Source: an uncultured Chloroflexia bacterium
GTDB lineage: Bacteria; Chloroflexota; Limnocylindria; Limnocylindrales; CSP1-4
DNA length: 64,000 bases
Assembly: GCA_963806265.1 (NCBI GenBank)
Contig: CAWDXT010000030.1
Span: 21,407 to 85,406, forward strand
Direction of reading: 5' to 3'
Position 1 is the stretch's first letter, and each line of letters starts with the position of its first letter. Both the position numbers and the translations under genes were made by a program. Under the pieces are notes generated by a model. It saw only the letters and a list, made by a program, of their open reading frames with translations. It had not been told where the DNA came from and made no database searches. Positions 19,002-29,742 of this stretch are shown here, one piece after another.

Positions 19002-19954
19002 TTGCAGCCTCCCTCGGGCTTGAGCTCCACGCTACCAACGTTGGCCGCAAGGGTCACGTTCGCGTGGTGGGTTGGTGAGGAGATGGTCGGGACATGCCAG
19101 ATGTCGCCGGTCTGGACCAGGTCAGGGGTTGTGGTCGAGCCGAGGACGGTCCTGCTGTGCACGAGCTGCACGCCAAGGTCGTCGGGCACGCACACCGAGA
19201 TCTTGCCGGCGTTGGCGCGGACCTCCACGTTGAGACCATCGGCATCGGGCAGGACCACGGTCGCCGCACCGGCGTTGACCGTGACGTCGACGTGATCAGC
19301 GGTCGCCCCGGTGAGGTCCATCCGGGCGTCGCCCGCATTGACCGTGATGTCGACGCTGCCGAGCCGCGCCCCGGCGAGCACGTACCGGCCCCTGCCCGCG
19401 TTCACGATGGCTTCGAGATCGAGCGGCCGGGCATCGGGCAGCGACACGCGCCAGACATCGGCGTTCGCGAACCCGAACGGGCCGCGCCGATGTGCCGAGC
19501 GCAGTGACAGCCGGTCCCCTGCGGCATCGATCGTGGGCGCCGGGGCACCGGTCGCCCCGATCCGCGCCTGCCAGGTGCTGCCGGGCGCGACGGTCACCTC
19601 GAGGTCACCACAGCTCAGGTTGACCGAGACTCGTGCCGGGGCGGAGAGGGTGCCCGTCTGCGTCGTGTAGCTCGACGGCTCGCCGTATCGACAGTCAAGA
19701 CCCACCGTGGGTGCCGCAACCACGGCACCACCCAGCAGCAGCCCCGGCAGGGCGGCCGCGATCACGCCACCTGCGAGCCCCAGTCGAGTTCGACGGAGCA
19801 GCAGAGCGACGCCGACCGCGATCAGCGCCACGGGCCACAGCCACAGGGTGCGAGCGAACGCATCGCTCGTGACCACGCCCGCCTGCGCGACGAGCACGAC
19901 CGCGCCCATCGCGGCCAGGAACACCCCCAGGTACAGGAACCTTCGATTGATCAT
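18998..19954 (-). CDS. LiaF/LiaI-like TM domain plus extracellular DUF4097-like beta domain (envelope-stress protein)
   Basis: LWLWPVALIAVGVALLL TM region, then repeated VxVNAG/LxxG beta motifs; overlaps the pspC start. Confidence 0.6.
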   Translation of the reverse strand: MINRRFLYLGVFLAAMGAVVLVAQAGVVTSDAFARTLWLWPVALIAVGVALLLRRTRLGLAGGVIAAALPGLLLGGAVVAAPTVGLDCRYGEPSSYTTQTGTLSAPARVSVNLSCGDLEVTVAPGSTWQARIGATGAPAPTIDAAGDRLSLRSAHRRGPFGFANADVWRVSLPDARPLDLEAIVNAGRGRYVLAGARLGSVDITVNAGDARMDLTGATADHVDVTVNAGAATVVLPDADGLNVEVRANAGKISVCVPDDLGVQLVHSRTVLGSTTTPDLVQTGDIWHVPTISSPTHHANVTLAANVGSVELKPEGGCK

Positions 19955-20132
19955 GCGGATCACGCCCTCCCGGTCGGCGGCCGGCGGCTGTCGGCGGCGC
20001 GCTCCCGGCGGTCTGCCGGCCTGCCGCGCCGCGTCGCCTGGTCCCGCCACGGGGCCCGGCGCCGGTCGCGATCGATGTGCCAACCGTAGGTCGACGGTCA
20101 GCCGCCAGCCAGCCGGCCACCCGGCGAACTCA

Positions 20133-20152
20133 GGGTGGGGTTATCCCCACCC
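20133..20152. promoter_or_regulatory. Inverted repeat GGGTGGGG-TTAT-CCCCACCC upstream of the liaF-like/pspC/kinase operon
   Basis: Perfect 8-4-8 inverted repeat about 180 bp upstream of ATG 19954; could instead be the AKR terminator. Confidence 0.45.
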
Positions 20153-20234
20153 CCGCGGTCCGGACCCGTGGTCGCGTCCGAAGGCGCCGGTACCGCTCAG
20201 GGTCGAGCCGGCCCAGCAGAGGGTGGCGAAGTCG

Positions 20235-21239
20235 CTAGGGACGAGCCGGTCCCGAACCGGCGCCGGTCGCGTCGACCGCGCGCTCGATCGCCACCAGCTC
20301 CTTGGGCTGCAGCTCGATGCGGCCGGCATCGATCCAGCCGTCGACCTGCTCCGGGCTGCGCGCGCCGACGATCGCGGCGGTCACGCCCGTCCACGCGAGC
20401 ACCCAGCCCAGGGCGATCGCCGAGACGGTCGTGCCGCGCTCCTCGGCCAGCGGCCGTAGCGCATCGCGCAGGGCGATGTTCCGCGCCAGGGCGGGCTCCC
20501 GGAACTCCGGGTCCCGGCGCCGCCAGTCGTGCTCGGCGAAGGCAGCGACCCTGGCTGTCGAAAACGAGTCGGTCAGGATCCCGGCCTGCATCGGGCTGTA
20601 GACGATCACGCCCGTGCCGTGCTCCGCTGCCCAGGGAATCACGTCCGCGCCGGACCCGCGGCGGATCAGCGAGAACGGCGGCTGGAGCGACTCCACGTGG
20701 CGCACCGCCTCCGCGCGCTCCAGCAGCTCCACGCCGTAGTTGCATACACCGGCGTGCGCGATCTTGCCCTCGTCGACGAGGCGCCCGAGCTCACCCCATG
20801 AGTCCTCGACCGGCGTCCCGGAGTCGTCGGGCCAGTGGAACTGGTACAGGTCGATGCGCTCGACGCCGAGGCGAGCCAGGGATGCCTCGACCTCGCGCCG
20901 CACCGACGCCGGCTGGCAGTTGCGCGCGGGCTCCTCGAACGGGTGGTCGCGATCCGGGATCAAGCCGCCCTTGGTGAACACGTACGGCCGATCCGCGGCC
21001 GGCAGCGAGCGCAGGGCCTCTCCGACCACCTCCTCGGAGTGACCGAGCCCGTAGATCGCGGCCGTGTCGATCCAGTTGATCCCGGAGCGGACCGCGTGAT
21101 GGATCGCGGCGATCGACGCGGCGTCGTCCTGCGGCCCCCAGCCGTACGCCCAGTCGCCGCCGCCCACAGCCCAGGCACCGAAGCCCACGGTCGTGATCTC
21201 CATCCCGGTGGTGCCCAGCGCTCGCGTCATCAATGCCAT
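20235..21239 (-). CDS. Aldo/keto reductase
   Basis: GFGAWAVGG, WIDTAAIYGLGHSE, VFTKGG, IDLYQFHWPD, GVCNY, YSPMQAG, VGARSPEQ. Confidence 0.9.
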   Translation of the reverse strand: MALMTRALGTTGMEITTVGFGAWAVGGGDWAYGWGPQDDAASIAAIHHAVRSGINWIDTAAIYGLGHSEEVVGEALRSLPAADRPYVFTKGGLIPDRDHPFEEPARNCQPASVRREVEASLARLGVERIDLYQFHWPDDSGTPVEDSWGELGRLVDEGKIAHAGVCNYGVELLERAEAVRHVESLQPPFSLIRRGSGADVIPWAAEHGTGVIVYSPMQAGILTDSFSTARVAAFAEHDWRRRDPEFREPALARNIALRDALRPLAEERGTTVSAIALGWVLAWTGVTAAIVGARSPEQVDGWIDAGRIELQPKELVAIERAVDATGAGSGPARP

Positions 21240-21443
21240 GCCCGGTGTCCTTTCGCTCGAGATCCGCGGTCCGGGGGTGTGCGCCCACGTCGCGCGCGCG
21301 CCCGGGCATCGCCCGGGGCGCCGGACCGCACGCCGATCGTTCCATGGGCGACGGCCAGGCGACGAGGGCCGAAGGGCCCGGCGCCCTATCATCGGTGGCT
21401 GCCGCGGCAGGGCCGCTGCGTCATCGCTGACAGGAGGTTTGCC

Positions 21444-21776
21444 ATGGTGGTCTGCATCCCGATCTCGACCGGTGGCGTGGTGGGGCACAGCTGGGGGCGC
21501 GCCGCACGGGTTGCCGTGGTTCGGGTCGAGGGCGGGCAGGTCGCCTCGATGACCGAGCACGACGTGGCGTGGGACACGCTCCACGACGCCGGCCCGGAGG
21601 GCAGCCACCACGCCCGGGTTGCGAAGTTCCTCAGGGACGAGGGCGTCCAGGTGGTGGTCGCCGGTCACATGGGCGGCCCGATGGCTCACATGCTTCAGCA
21701 GATGGGGATCACCGTGCAGCTCGGCGCCGCGGGCAGCGCCCGGGCAGCAGCGCTCAATGCGGTCACGACCGCCTGA
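21444..21776 (+). CDS. NifB/NifX-family (Fe-Mo cofactor-binding-like) small protein
   Basis: VGHSWGRA...VVVAGHMGGPMAHMLQQMGI; AGGAGG RBS. Confidence 0.7.
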   Translation: MVVCIPISTGGVVGHSWGRAARVAVVRVEGGQVASMTEHDVAWDTLHDAGPEGSHHARVAKFLRDEGVQVVVAGHMGGPMAHMLQQMGITVQLGAAGSARAAALNAVTTA

Positions 21777-23039
21777 TCACGTCGCCTGCCGGGCGAACCG
21801 GAGCTGGCCGTCGAGATAGCGGACGGCGACGGGCCCGCCGCCCTCGAGATAGACGCGGGACAGGCGCGGTGACAGGTCGTCGAGCACCTCCCATGAGATC
21901 GATCCGCGCAGGCGCGCCAGGTCGTGGACGGTCATCGCCGGTGCGTTCGGCGCCAGCAGCTCGATCTCGTCCTCGACGTCGTACCCCGTGACGTCCGTCA
22001 CGTCCAGCGCCAGCGAGTCGCTGCTCACGCGGCCGACGACGGGGACCGGCCGGCCCCGGACAAGGCCCCAGCTGCCAGGGGCATAGGCACGGACCCAGCC
22101 GTCCGCGTACCCGACCGCAACGGTGGCGATCGCCGACCGTCGGGCCGCGGTCCAGGTGCCGGCGTACCCGACCCGCGCTCCGGCCTCGACCTCGGTCAGC
22201 AGCGTGGCTCGCGCCCGCAGGCTCAGGGCGGGCCGCAGCGCTCCCAGCACGGGCGACGCGTCGTCAGGCACCGCCAGCTCGGGTGGCAGCACGCCGTAGA
22301 AGGCCAGCCCGACCCGGACCAGGTCGAACGCGGGCGCGAGGCCGCCGACGGTGCCGCCCGTCGCGTTGAGGTGGCGCAGGCCGGGATCGATCCCGGTTGC
22401 CGTGAGGGCGACCAGGGCGGACTCGAAGCGGTCCACCTGGGCGGCGACCGACGCGGGGTCCTCGGGCGTGGCCAGGTGAGACCAGGTGCCCGCCAGCGCA
22501 CCGAGCCCGGCATCCAGGAGCCGCCGAGCTGCGCCGGGAGCCTGCTCCGGCGTCAGGCCACCGCGGCCCATGCCGGAGTCGATGCCCAGGTGCAGTCGGG
22601 GCGTTGCACCGGCCCGCAACGCCTCGATCGCCGCGTCCAGGGAGGGTTGGTCCGCGACCACCAGGTCGAGCTCGGCGTCGGCGGCGGCAGGCAGCATGCC
22701 GGGCGGGACTGGGTAGAGCACGAGGATTGGCGCCTCGACGCCGGCCGCACGCAGCACGAACGCCTCGTCCAGCGTCGCGACCGCAAGCAGGTGCGCGCCC
22801 CCGGCGAGCGCCGCGCGCGCCACCGCGACCATGCCGTGACCGTAGCCGTCGGCCTTGACCACGACGCCCAGCCGGCCACCATCGGGCAGCAGCCGGCGCA
22901 GCGAGCGGGCGTTCCCGGCCAGGGCGTCGAGGTCGATCTCGAGCCATGACCGGCGGGGGAGCGGCGGCAGGCCCGCCCTGGCGAGACGGACCTCGATCGG
23001 CGTGACCGGCGCGCCCCTCGAGCCCTCGTGCGATGTCAT
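21777..23039 (-). CDS. alr: Alanine racemase
   Basis: WLEIDLDAL, VVKADGYGHG (PLP Lys), HLGIDSGMGRGG, VRVGLAFYG, VGYAGTW, GYADG, VGRVSSD. Confidence 0.9.
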   Translation of the reverse strand: MTSHEGSRGAPVTPIEVRLARAGLPPLPRRSWLEIDLDALAGNARSLRRLLPDGGRLGVVVKADGYGHGMVAVARAALAGGAHLLAVATLDEAFVLRAAGVEAPILVLYPVPPGMLPAAADAELDLVVADQPSLDAAIEALRAGATPRLHLGIDSGMGRGGLTPEQAPGAARRLLDAGLGALAGTWSHLATPEDPASVAAQVDRFESALVALTATGIDPGLRHLNATGGTVGGLAPAFDLVRVGLAFYGVLPPELAVPDDASPVLGALRPALSLRARATLLTEVEAGARVGYAGTWTAARRSAIATVAVGYADGWVRAYAPGSWGLVRGRPVPVVGRVSSDSLALDVTDVTGYDVEDEIELLAPNAPAMTVHDLARLRGSISWEVLDDLSPRLSRVYLEGGGPVAVRYLDGQLRFARQAT

Positions 23040-23106
23040 GGGCGTGCTGCCTCCGTGCGTGTTCGACCGCCCGCGATCGGGCTGCGAGGCGCCCCAGACC
23101 CCGCGT

Positions 23107-23148
23107 GACAGACAAGGTTTACTATGCGACAGAGAAGGTTTACTATGC
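23107..23148. promoter_or_regulatory. 21-bp direct repeat x2 in the alr/GMC divergent promoter region
   Basis: gacagacaaggtttactatgc / gacagagaaggtttactatgc; each contains TACTAT (-10-like) and a GGTTTAC LacI-like half-site. Confidence 0.55.
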
Positions 23149-23250
23149 CGGCCATCCCGGCAAGCCCCGTCGGGGCCGGACGGCCATCCGTCCCGACGAT
23201 CGGCGGCACGTGGAAGCCGTCCCGCTCCTGCGCCCGGAAAGGAGGCACCC

Positions 23251-24864
23251 TTGGCCACCGAGCCCGCAGATGTTCTCATCATCGGCGCTGGCGCGACAGG
23301 GGGCGTGGTCGCCCTGCGCCTTGCCGAGGCCGGGTTCAGGGTCGTCTGCCTCGAGCAGGGCGACTGGCATGATCGCTCCGAGTATCGCGGTGCAGAGCTC
23401 GACTGGGAGCTCACGATGCGCAAGCAGTGGGCGACCAGCCCCAACGTGCGCGGCCAGCCCCAGGACTACCCGATCGACGAGACCGATGCCGAGATCTCGC
23501 CCCTCATGTACTCGGCCGTCGGCGGCTCGATGCTCATCTTCGCCGGTGCCTGGCCACGGATGCTGCCCTCGGACTTCCGGGTCCGCTCCCTCGATGGCAT
23601 CGCCGACGACTGGCCCCTCGGCTACGAGGAGCTTCGTCCCTACTACGAGCGCACCGACCGCCAGTTCGGGGTGTCCGGCATGGGCGGGGATCCGGCATAC
23701 CCGGGCGGGGGCGAGGACCCGCCCCTGCCTCCGCTGCCGCTCGGACCCGGTGGCATCCGGGTTGCCCGGGCGCACGCGAAGCTGGGCTGGCACTGGTGGC
23801 CGGAGCCGAACTCGATCCTCTCGGTCGACTACGACGGCCGGCACCCGTGCGTCCAGCGGGGCACCTGCCAGCAGGGCTGTGGCGAGGGGGCCAAGGCATC
23901 CACCGATCTCACCCACTGGCCCAAGGCGATCGGGCTCGGCGCACGGCTGGTGACCGGCGCGCGCGTCCAGCGGCTGGAGACCAATGCGAAGGGCCTGGTG
24001 ACCGGCGCCACCTGGCGCGACCGCGAGGGCGTAGAGCATTTCGAGCCGGCGAAGGTCGTCGTCATGGCGGCGAACGCGATCGGCACCGCGCGCCTGCTGC
24101 TGCTGTCCGCCTCGTCGGCGCATCCCGACGGCCTGGCCAACAGCTCCGGGCTGGTAGGCAGGCGGCTGATGATGCATCCCTTCGCCAACGTGGGCGGGCT
24201 GTTCGACGAGGACCTCGAAAGCTGGCAGGGCCAGTTCGGCTGCTCGATCGAGTCGTTCGAGTTCTACGAGACCGACGAGCGGCGCGGGTTCGTGCGCGGT
24301 GCCAAGTGGGGTCTCGCGCCGACCTTCGGCCCGATCAACGCCGCGCTTCCCAGCCGCGCCGGGTCGCTGGTCTGGGGCCCGGAGCACCACCTCCACGTCC
24401 GGTCGCACCTCGGCAGGGGTGCCAACTGGGGGCTGTTCGGCGAGGACCTGCCCGACGAGGCGAACCAGGTGACCCTGTCGGCAACGCTCAAGGACTCGTC
24501 GGGCATCCCGGCCCCCGAGCTCCACTACAAGGTGTCCGAGAACTCGCGCCGGCTGCTCGACTTCCACATCCAGAAGGCGTCGGAGTCGCTGATGGCGGCG
24601 GGCGCCTACAAGGTCGAGGTCGACCAGCTGATGCGCTACTCGGGCTGGCACCTGCTGGGCACGGCGCGCATGGGCGACGACCCCCGGACGTCCGTGGTCG
24701 ATCGCTGGAACCGGGCGCACGACGTGCCCAACCTGTACATCGCCGACGGCAGCTGCTTCGTCACCTCGGGCGGCGTCAACCCGACGTCCACCATCTCCGC
24801 CCTCGCCCTCCGGGCCGCCGATCACATGGTGGAGACGCGGTTCAACCAGCAGGTGCCGGCGTGA
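23251..24864 (+). CDS. GMC-family flavin oxidoreductase (large subunit)
   Basis: IIGAGATGG, VGGSMLIFAG, CVQRGTCQQGC, ANAIGTARLL, WHLLGTARMG, NLYIADGS, NPTSTISALALR; AGGAGG RBS, TTG start. Confidence 0.9.
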   Translation: MATEPADVLIIGAGATGGVVALRLAEAGFRVVCLEQGDWHDRSEYRGAELDWELTMRKQWATSPNVRGQPQDYPIDETDAEISPLMYSAVGGSMLIFAGAWPRMLPSDFRVRSLDGIADDWPLGYEELRPYYERTDRQFGVSGMGGDPAYPGGGEDPPLPPLPLGPGGIRVARAHAKLGWHWWPEPNSILSVDYDGRHPCVQRGTCQQGCGEGAKASTDLTHWPKAIGLGARLVTGARVQRLETNAKGLVTGATWRDREGVEHFEPAKVVVMAANAIGTARLLLLSASSAHPDGLANSSGLVGRRLMMHPFANVGGLFDEDLESWQGQFGCSIESFEFYETDERRGFVRGAKWGLAPTFGPINAALPSRAGSLVWGPEHHLHVRSHLGRGANWGLFGEDLPDEANQVTLSATLKDSSGIPAPELHYKVSENSRRLLDFHIQKASESLMAAGAYKVEVDQLMRYSGWHLLGTARMGDDPRTSVVDRWNRAHDVPNLYIADGSCFVTSGGVNPTSTISALALRAADHMVETRFNQQVPA

Positions 24865-25331
24865 GCGAGGACCACGGCCAGGCAGCCGACCCGCTCGACA
24901 CGCTCGATGCCGGCCGACGGGTCGTCTTCACACGGGTCGCCGACCATCTCATCCCCGAGGCACACGGGATGCCCTCGGCGGGCGACGTGGTGGGCGACGT
25001 CCGGCTCCGGTTCGTGCTTCGGGCGCGCCCCGATCTCGTGGAGCCGCTGCGGGCGGCGCTGCGTGCGGACCTGGGCGACGATCCCGCGACCCGGCTAGCG
25101 ACGCTCGAGCGCGACGAGCCCGACCACCATGCCGCCCTGCTGCTCACCGTGGTCGGCGGCTACTACACCGACGCCGATGTCCGCGACCGCCTCGGGTACC
25201 CCGGGCAGGTCGCGAAGCAGCTCTACTCGTGGAAGGTGCCGGACTTCATCGAGGAGGGCCTCAGCGACCAGGTCCTGGCCCGCGGCCCGATCTGGCGAGA
25301 TCCCGTGACCGGCCGCCGAGCCGAGCGCTGA
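24861..25331 (+). CDS. Gluconate-2-dehydrogenase subunit 3-like partner of the GMC enzyme
   Basis: VADHLIP...VVGGYYTDADVRDRLGYPG; GTGA-coupled to the GMC gene. Confidence 0.6.
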   Translation: MSEDHGQAADPLDTLDAGRRVVFTRVADHLIPEAHGMPSAGDVVGDVRLRFVLRARPDLVEPLRAALRADLGDDPATRLATLERDEPDHHAALLLTVVGGYYTDADVRDRLGYPGQVAKQLYSWKVPDFIEEGLSDQVLARGPIWRDPVTGRRAER

Positions 25332-25411
25332 GCCGCGGCCCACGACCCCACAACCGCACCCACGACCTGGCCGGCCGACCCGACCGCGCGCACAGCAACA
25401 GGGAGCTCACC

Positions 25412-26890
25412 ATGACCGCACCTGCCAAGACCACCAGCACCGGTTGGCTCGATCCGCTCCTCGCCCAGTGGCAGCCGGGCAGCGGCGAGCCGGTCGATGT
25501 CTGCGAACCGGCGACGGGCCGTCACCTCCTGACCCTGAGGCGCTCCACGCCCGACGACGTGGCGCGCGCGGCGGCCACTGCCGCCGAGGCGCAGGCGGCC
25601 TGGGCCGAGGTGAGCTACGCGGAGCGGGCCGCGATCCTGCGGCGGGCGGCGGAGATCTACGAGGCGCACCGCGACGAGCTCGGCTCCTGGACACAGCGCG
25701 AGACCGGCGCCGTGCTACAACAAGATGCACCACGAGCAGAACTTCACGATCGCCGAGCTGCTCAACGCCTCGACCATGCCGTCACAGCCGTACGGCAAGC
25801 TCGTGCCCGTCGGTGTCGCCCGGGGCGGCTCTCCATGGTCCGCCGCGTGCCCGCCGGCGTGATCGGCGCGATCACGCCCTGGAACTCCCCGAGCGTGCTG
25901 GGCATGCGCGTGGTCGCCCCGGCGCTGGCGCTGGGCAACGCCGTGGTCCTCAAGCCCGATCCCCAGACGCCGGTGTGCGGCGGCGCGATGTTCCTCGCCG
26001 TGTTCCGCGAGGCCGGACTGCCCGAGGGCCTGCTCCAGGTCGTGGTCGGCGGCGCCGAGACGGGCGAGGCGATCGTGACCGACCCCAACGTGACGCGCGT
26101 CTCGTTCACCGGGCTCGACCGCGGCAGGCCGCCGCGTCGGCGCGCTCGCCGGCGAGCTGCTCAAGAAGGTCTCGCTCGAGCTCGGCGGCAACAATGCGCT
26201 GGTCGTGCTCGACGACGCGGACCTCGACGCGGCCGCGTCCGCCGGAGCCTATGCCTCGTTCCAGTTCCAGGGACAGGTGTGCTTCGCGACCGGGCGCCAC
26301 ATCGTCCATCGGAGCGTGGCGGCCGCGTACACCGACGCGCTGGTCGAGAAGGCCGGCGCGGCTCCGGCTGGGCGACCCGTTCCGCGAGGAGGTCGATCTC
26401 GGCCCGATCGTCAACGAGAAGCAGCTCGCCCGCGTGGACGGGATCGTCCAGCGCTCGGTCGAGGGCGGGGCGCGGCTGGCTGTCGGCGGCACGCACGAGG
26501 GCCTGTTCTACCGGCCCACGGTGCTCGCTGACGTGACCACCGATCTCCCCGTCTGGACCGACGAGACGTTCGGACCCGTCGCGCCGGTCGTCACCTTCGA
26601 CACCGACGAGGAGGCGCTGGCGCTCGCCAACGACAGCGACTACGGGCTGGCCGGTGCCGTCTACTCGCGCTCGATCTCGCGCGGCCTCGCGCTCGCGCAG
26701 CGCATGCGGTCGGGGATGGTCCACGTCAACGACCAGACCGTCAACGACGAGGCGGTGATCCCGTTCGGCGGGATGGGCCTGTCCGGGAACGGCGGCCGGT
26801 TCGGCGGCGAGGCCAACTGGGACGAGTTCACCGAGTGGCAGTGGGTGACCGTCCGCGACGAGCCCAAGTCGTTCGACGTTCCCGTACTGA
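25412..26890 (+). CDS. Aldehyde dehydrogenase (benzaldehyde-DH-like); several indels
   Basis: GAITPWN, LKPDPQTP, SFTG, SLELGGNN, FQFQGQVCFA, DETFGP, YGLAGAV, PFGGMGLSGNGGRFGG. Confidence 0.85.
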
Positions 26891-26900
26891 GCCGACCGAC

Positions 26901-27949
26901 GTGGCATCGATCACCGAGGTCGCGCGGCTCGCCGGCGTGTCGGTCGCAACTGCGTCGCGCGTCATGTCGGACGCGGACTACCCGGTCAGCGCGGCGGCTC
27001 GCGAGCGCGTGCTCGACGCGGCCCGGACGCTCGACTACGTGCCCAACGCGCTTGCCCGCGGGCTGCTCAAGAGCCAGGTCCCGGTGGTGGGCGTGATCGT
27101 CCACGACATCACCGACCCGTACTTCGCCGAGGTCGTGCGCGGCGTCGAGGACGCGGCGTCGCCGGCCGGCTTCCTGGTCATCACCTGCAGCTCGGAGCGC
27201 GATCCCGAGCGCGAGAGCTCCTACGTCCGGCTGCTGCGCTCGATGCGCGCCGCCGCGATCATCTTCGCGGGCAGCGGCCTCGACGACCCGGCGCTCAACG
27301 AGGAGCTGCCCAAGCACCTGGCGGCGATGCGCGAGCAGGGCGCGGCGGTCGTCCACCTCTCGCCCCACGCGCTGGGTGAGCCCGAGATCGGCGTCGACAA
27401 CGCCGGCGGGCGTGGCGGCGATGGTCGCGGCCCTGGTGGAGCTCGGTCATCGCCGGATCGCGTTCCTGGCCGGGCCGGCATCGCTGTACGTGGCGCGCGA
27501 GCGGCTGGCCGGCTACCGGGCGCGGTCTCGAGGCGGCGGGCATCGAGGTCGACGAGCGCCTGGTCGTGCAGACCTGGCTTCGACCGGGAGGGTGGCGCCG
27601 CTGGGCGTGGACACGCTGCTCGCCGGCGATGGCGCCGTTCACCGCGGTGTGTGCCGCCAACGACCTGCTTGCGCTGGGCGCGCTGGAGCGCCTCGCGCGA
27701 GCTCGGGCATCGACGTGCCCGCGCGAGGTCTCGGTCGCCGGCTTCGACGACATCTCGATGGCGTCGATGACCGCGCCCGGCCCTGTCCACCGTCCGGCTG
27801 CCGCTGCGCGAGCTTGGCCGTCTCGGGTTCGCCTACGCGGACGTGATGCTGGCCGGCGAGGACGGCCGCCCGAGCTGATGCCGACCGAGGTCGTGCTTCG
27901 CGGTCACCGCGGCTCCGCGGCCGGTGGTCCCGCTCCCGGTCGCCGCTGA
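26901..27949 (+). CDS. LacI-family transcriptional regulator; several indels, end approximate
   Basis: SITEVARLAGVSVATASRV HTH, YVPNALARGL, CAANDLLALG, SVAGFDDI. Confidence 0.85.
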
Positions 27950-28016
27950 GCGCCCCTGCTCCGGCGCCGGACCTCGCCCGGAGCAGGCTGCCGACCCTCG
28001 AGGAGACTGCGACGCC

Positions 28017-28839
28017 ATGACGGTCCCGACGGCCGCTCGCGATCCCCGCGCGGCGCACTCGGAGCGTCCAGATCGCGTGCGATCGCGTGGCCAAGTCCTA
28101 TCGAACGGCGAAGGGTGGCCGCCAGCAGGCGCTTGCCCTCGTGGACCTCGAGATCCCGCGCGGCCAGTTCATCTCGCTGCTCGGATCCCTCGGGATGCGG
28201 CAAGACGACGCTGCTCAAGATGATCGGTGGCCTGATCGAGCCGAGCGGCGGCGACCTGTGGATCGATGGTCAGCCGGTCGCGGCGGCGGTGCGGCAGCGG
28301 AAGTTCGGCTTCGTGTTCCAGGATGCGACGCTGCTGCCGTGGCGCACCGTGCTCGGACAACGCGACGCTGCTGCTCGACGTCACCGGCCAGGGCGGAGCG
28401 GCGCGAGCGCGTCAGGGCGCTCCTGGACATGGTCGGCCTCGCCGGCTTCGAGCGCTACTACCCCGCGCAGCTGTCGGGCGGCATGAAGCAGCGGGTGGCG
28501 CTGGCACGCGCCCTCGCGCTCGAGCCGGAGATCCTGCTCATGGACGAGCCGTTCGCGGCGCTCGACGCGATCACCCGCGACCGGATGGGCGAGGAGCTGC
28601 TCAAGATCCTCGACGGGAGCCGAACGGTCGTGTTCGTCACCCACTCGATCGGCGAGGCGATCCTGCTGTCCGACCGCGTGGTGGTGATGTCCGCCCGGCC
28701 CGGCCGGGTGGTGGCCGACGTGACGATCGACCTGCCGCGGCCGCGCGATCCCGGCGTGCGCGACAGCGCGGCGTTCGGAGCGTACGAGCAGCAGCTTCGG
28801 AGCCACATCGAGGTCGACGGGGAGGGCGCCCATGGCTGA
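28017..28839 (+). CDS. ABC transporter ATP-binding protein (TauB/SsuB type); indels
   Basis: [57 protein letters not shown]. Confidence 0.85.
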
Positions 28840-29681
28840 GCGCGTCGAGCTCCGGGACTCGGTCGTGACCCCGACCGTCGCCGCGAGCCGGGCGGTGCCG
28901 CTCCGCTCGCGCCGCAGCGTGCAGCGGGCCCTGCCGGCCGCGTTCCTGCTGCTCGTGCTGCTGGTCGTGGGAGATCGTCGCCCACCTGGGCAGCGTCCCC
29001 ACCTACATCCTGCCTGCGCCCACGGCGATCGCCGCAGCGGGTCGTCGACTCATGGGCCACCCTCTGGGACGCGACGATCGTGACCACGTCCGAGGTGCTG
29101 ATCGGGTTCGTCGTCGGGGTCGCGCTGGGGATCGGGCTCGCCATCCCGATCGCCTACTCGCGTTGATCGTCCGCAGCACCCTGTACCCGCTGATCGTGGC
29201 GTCGCAGGCCGTGCCCAAGATCGCGATCGCGCCGCTGCTCGTGCTGTGGCTCGGCTTCGGCATCTGGCCCAAGATCGCCGTCACGGCCCTGATGGTGTTC
29301 TTCCCGGTGACGGTCACCGCGGCCGAGGGGTTCTCGTCCGTGGATCGCAACCTGCTCGACCTGCTCCGATCCGTCAATGCGTCACCAGCCCAGATCTTCC
29401 TGCGCGTCCGGTTCCCGCATGCCCTGCCCCATATCTTCAGCGGGCTCAAGGTGGGCATCACGCTCGCGGTCGTGGGCGCCGTCGTGGGCGAATGGGTCGG
29501 CGCCGACAGCGGTCTCGGATACCTGCTGACGTACGCGAACACCCTGCTCGATTCGACGTTGCTGTTCGCCGCCTTGTTCATGCTCATCGTCCTGGGGGTG
29601 ATCCTGTTCGTGGCTGGTGGATCTCGCGGAGCGGTTGCTGCTTCCGTGGCACAGCGGCATGAGGTCGCCGTTGGCAGCTAG
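28832..29681 (+). CDS. ABC transporter permease (TauC/SsuC type); indels
   Basis: [48 protein letters not shown]. Confidence 0.85.
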
Positions 29682-29742
29682 CAGGGGCGGAAGGAGCCGC
29701 CCGAGCCATCAAGCAGAGGCCCGAGTCACGAAGGAGAGCAAG

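Noticed and set aside
21444-21776. Nitrogen fixation inferred from the NifB/NifX-like gene
   Set aside because: No nifHDK or other nif genes in the window; stand-alone members are common in non-diazotrophs
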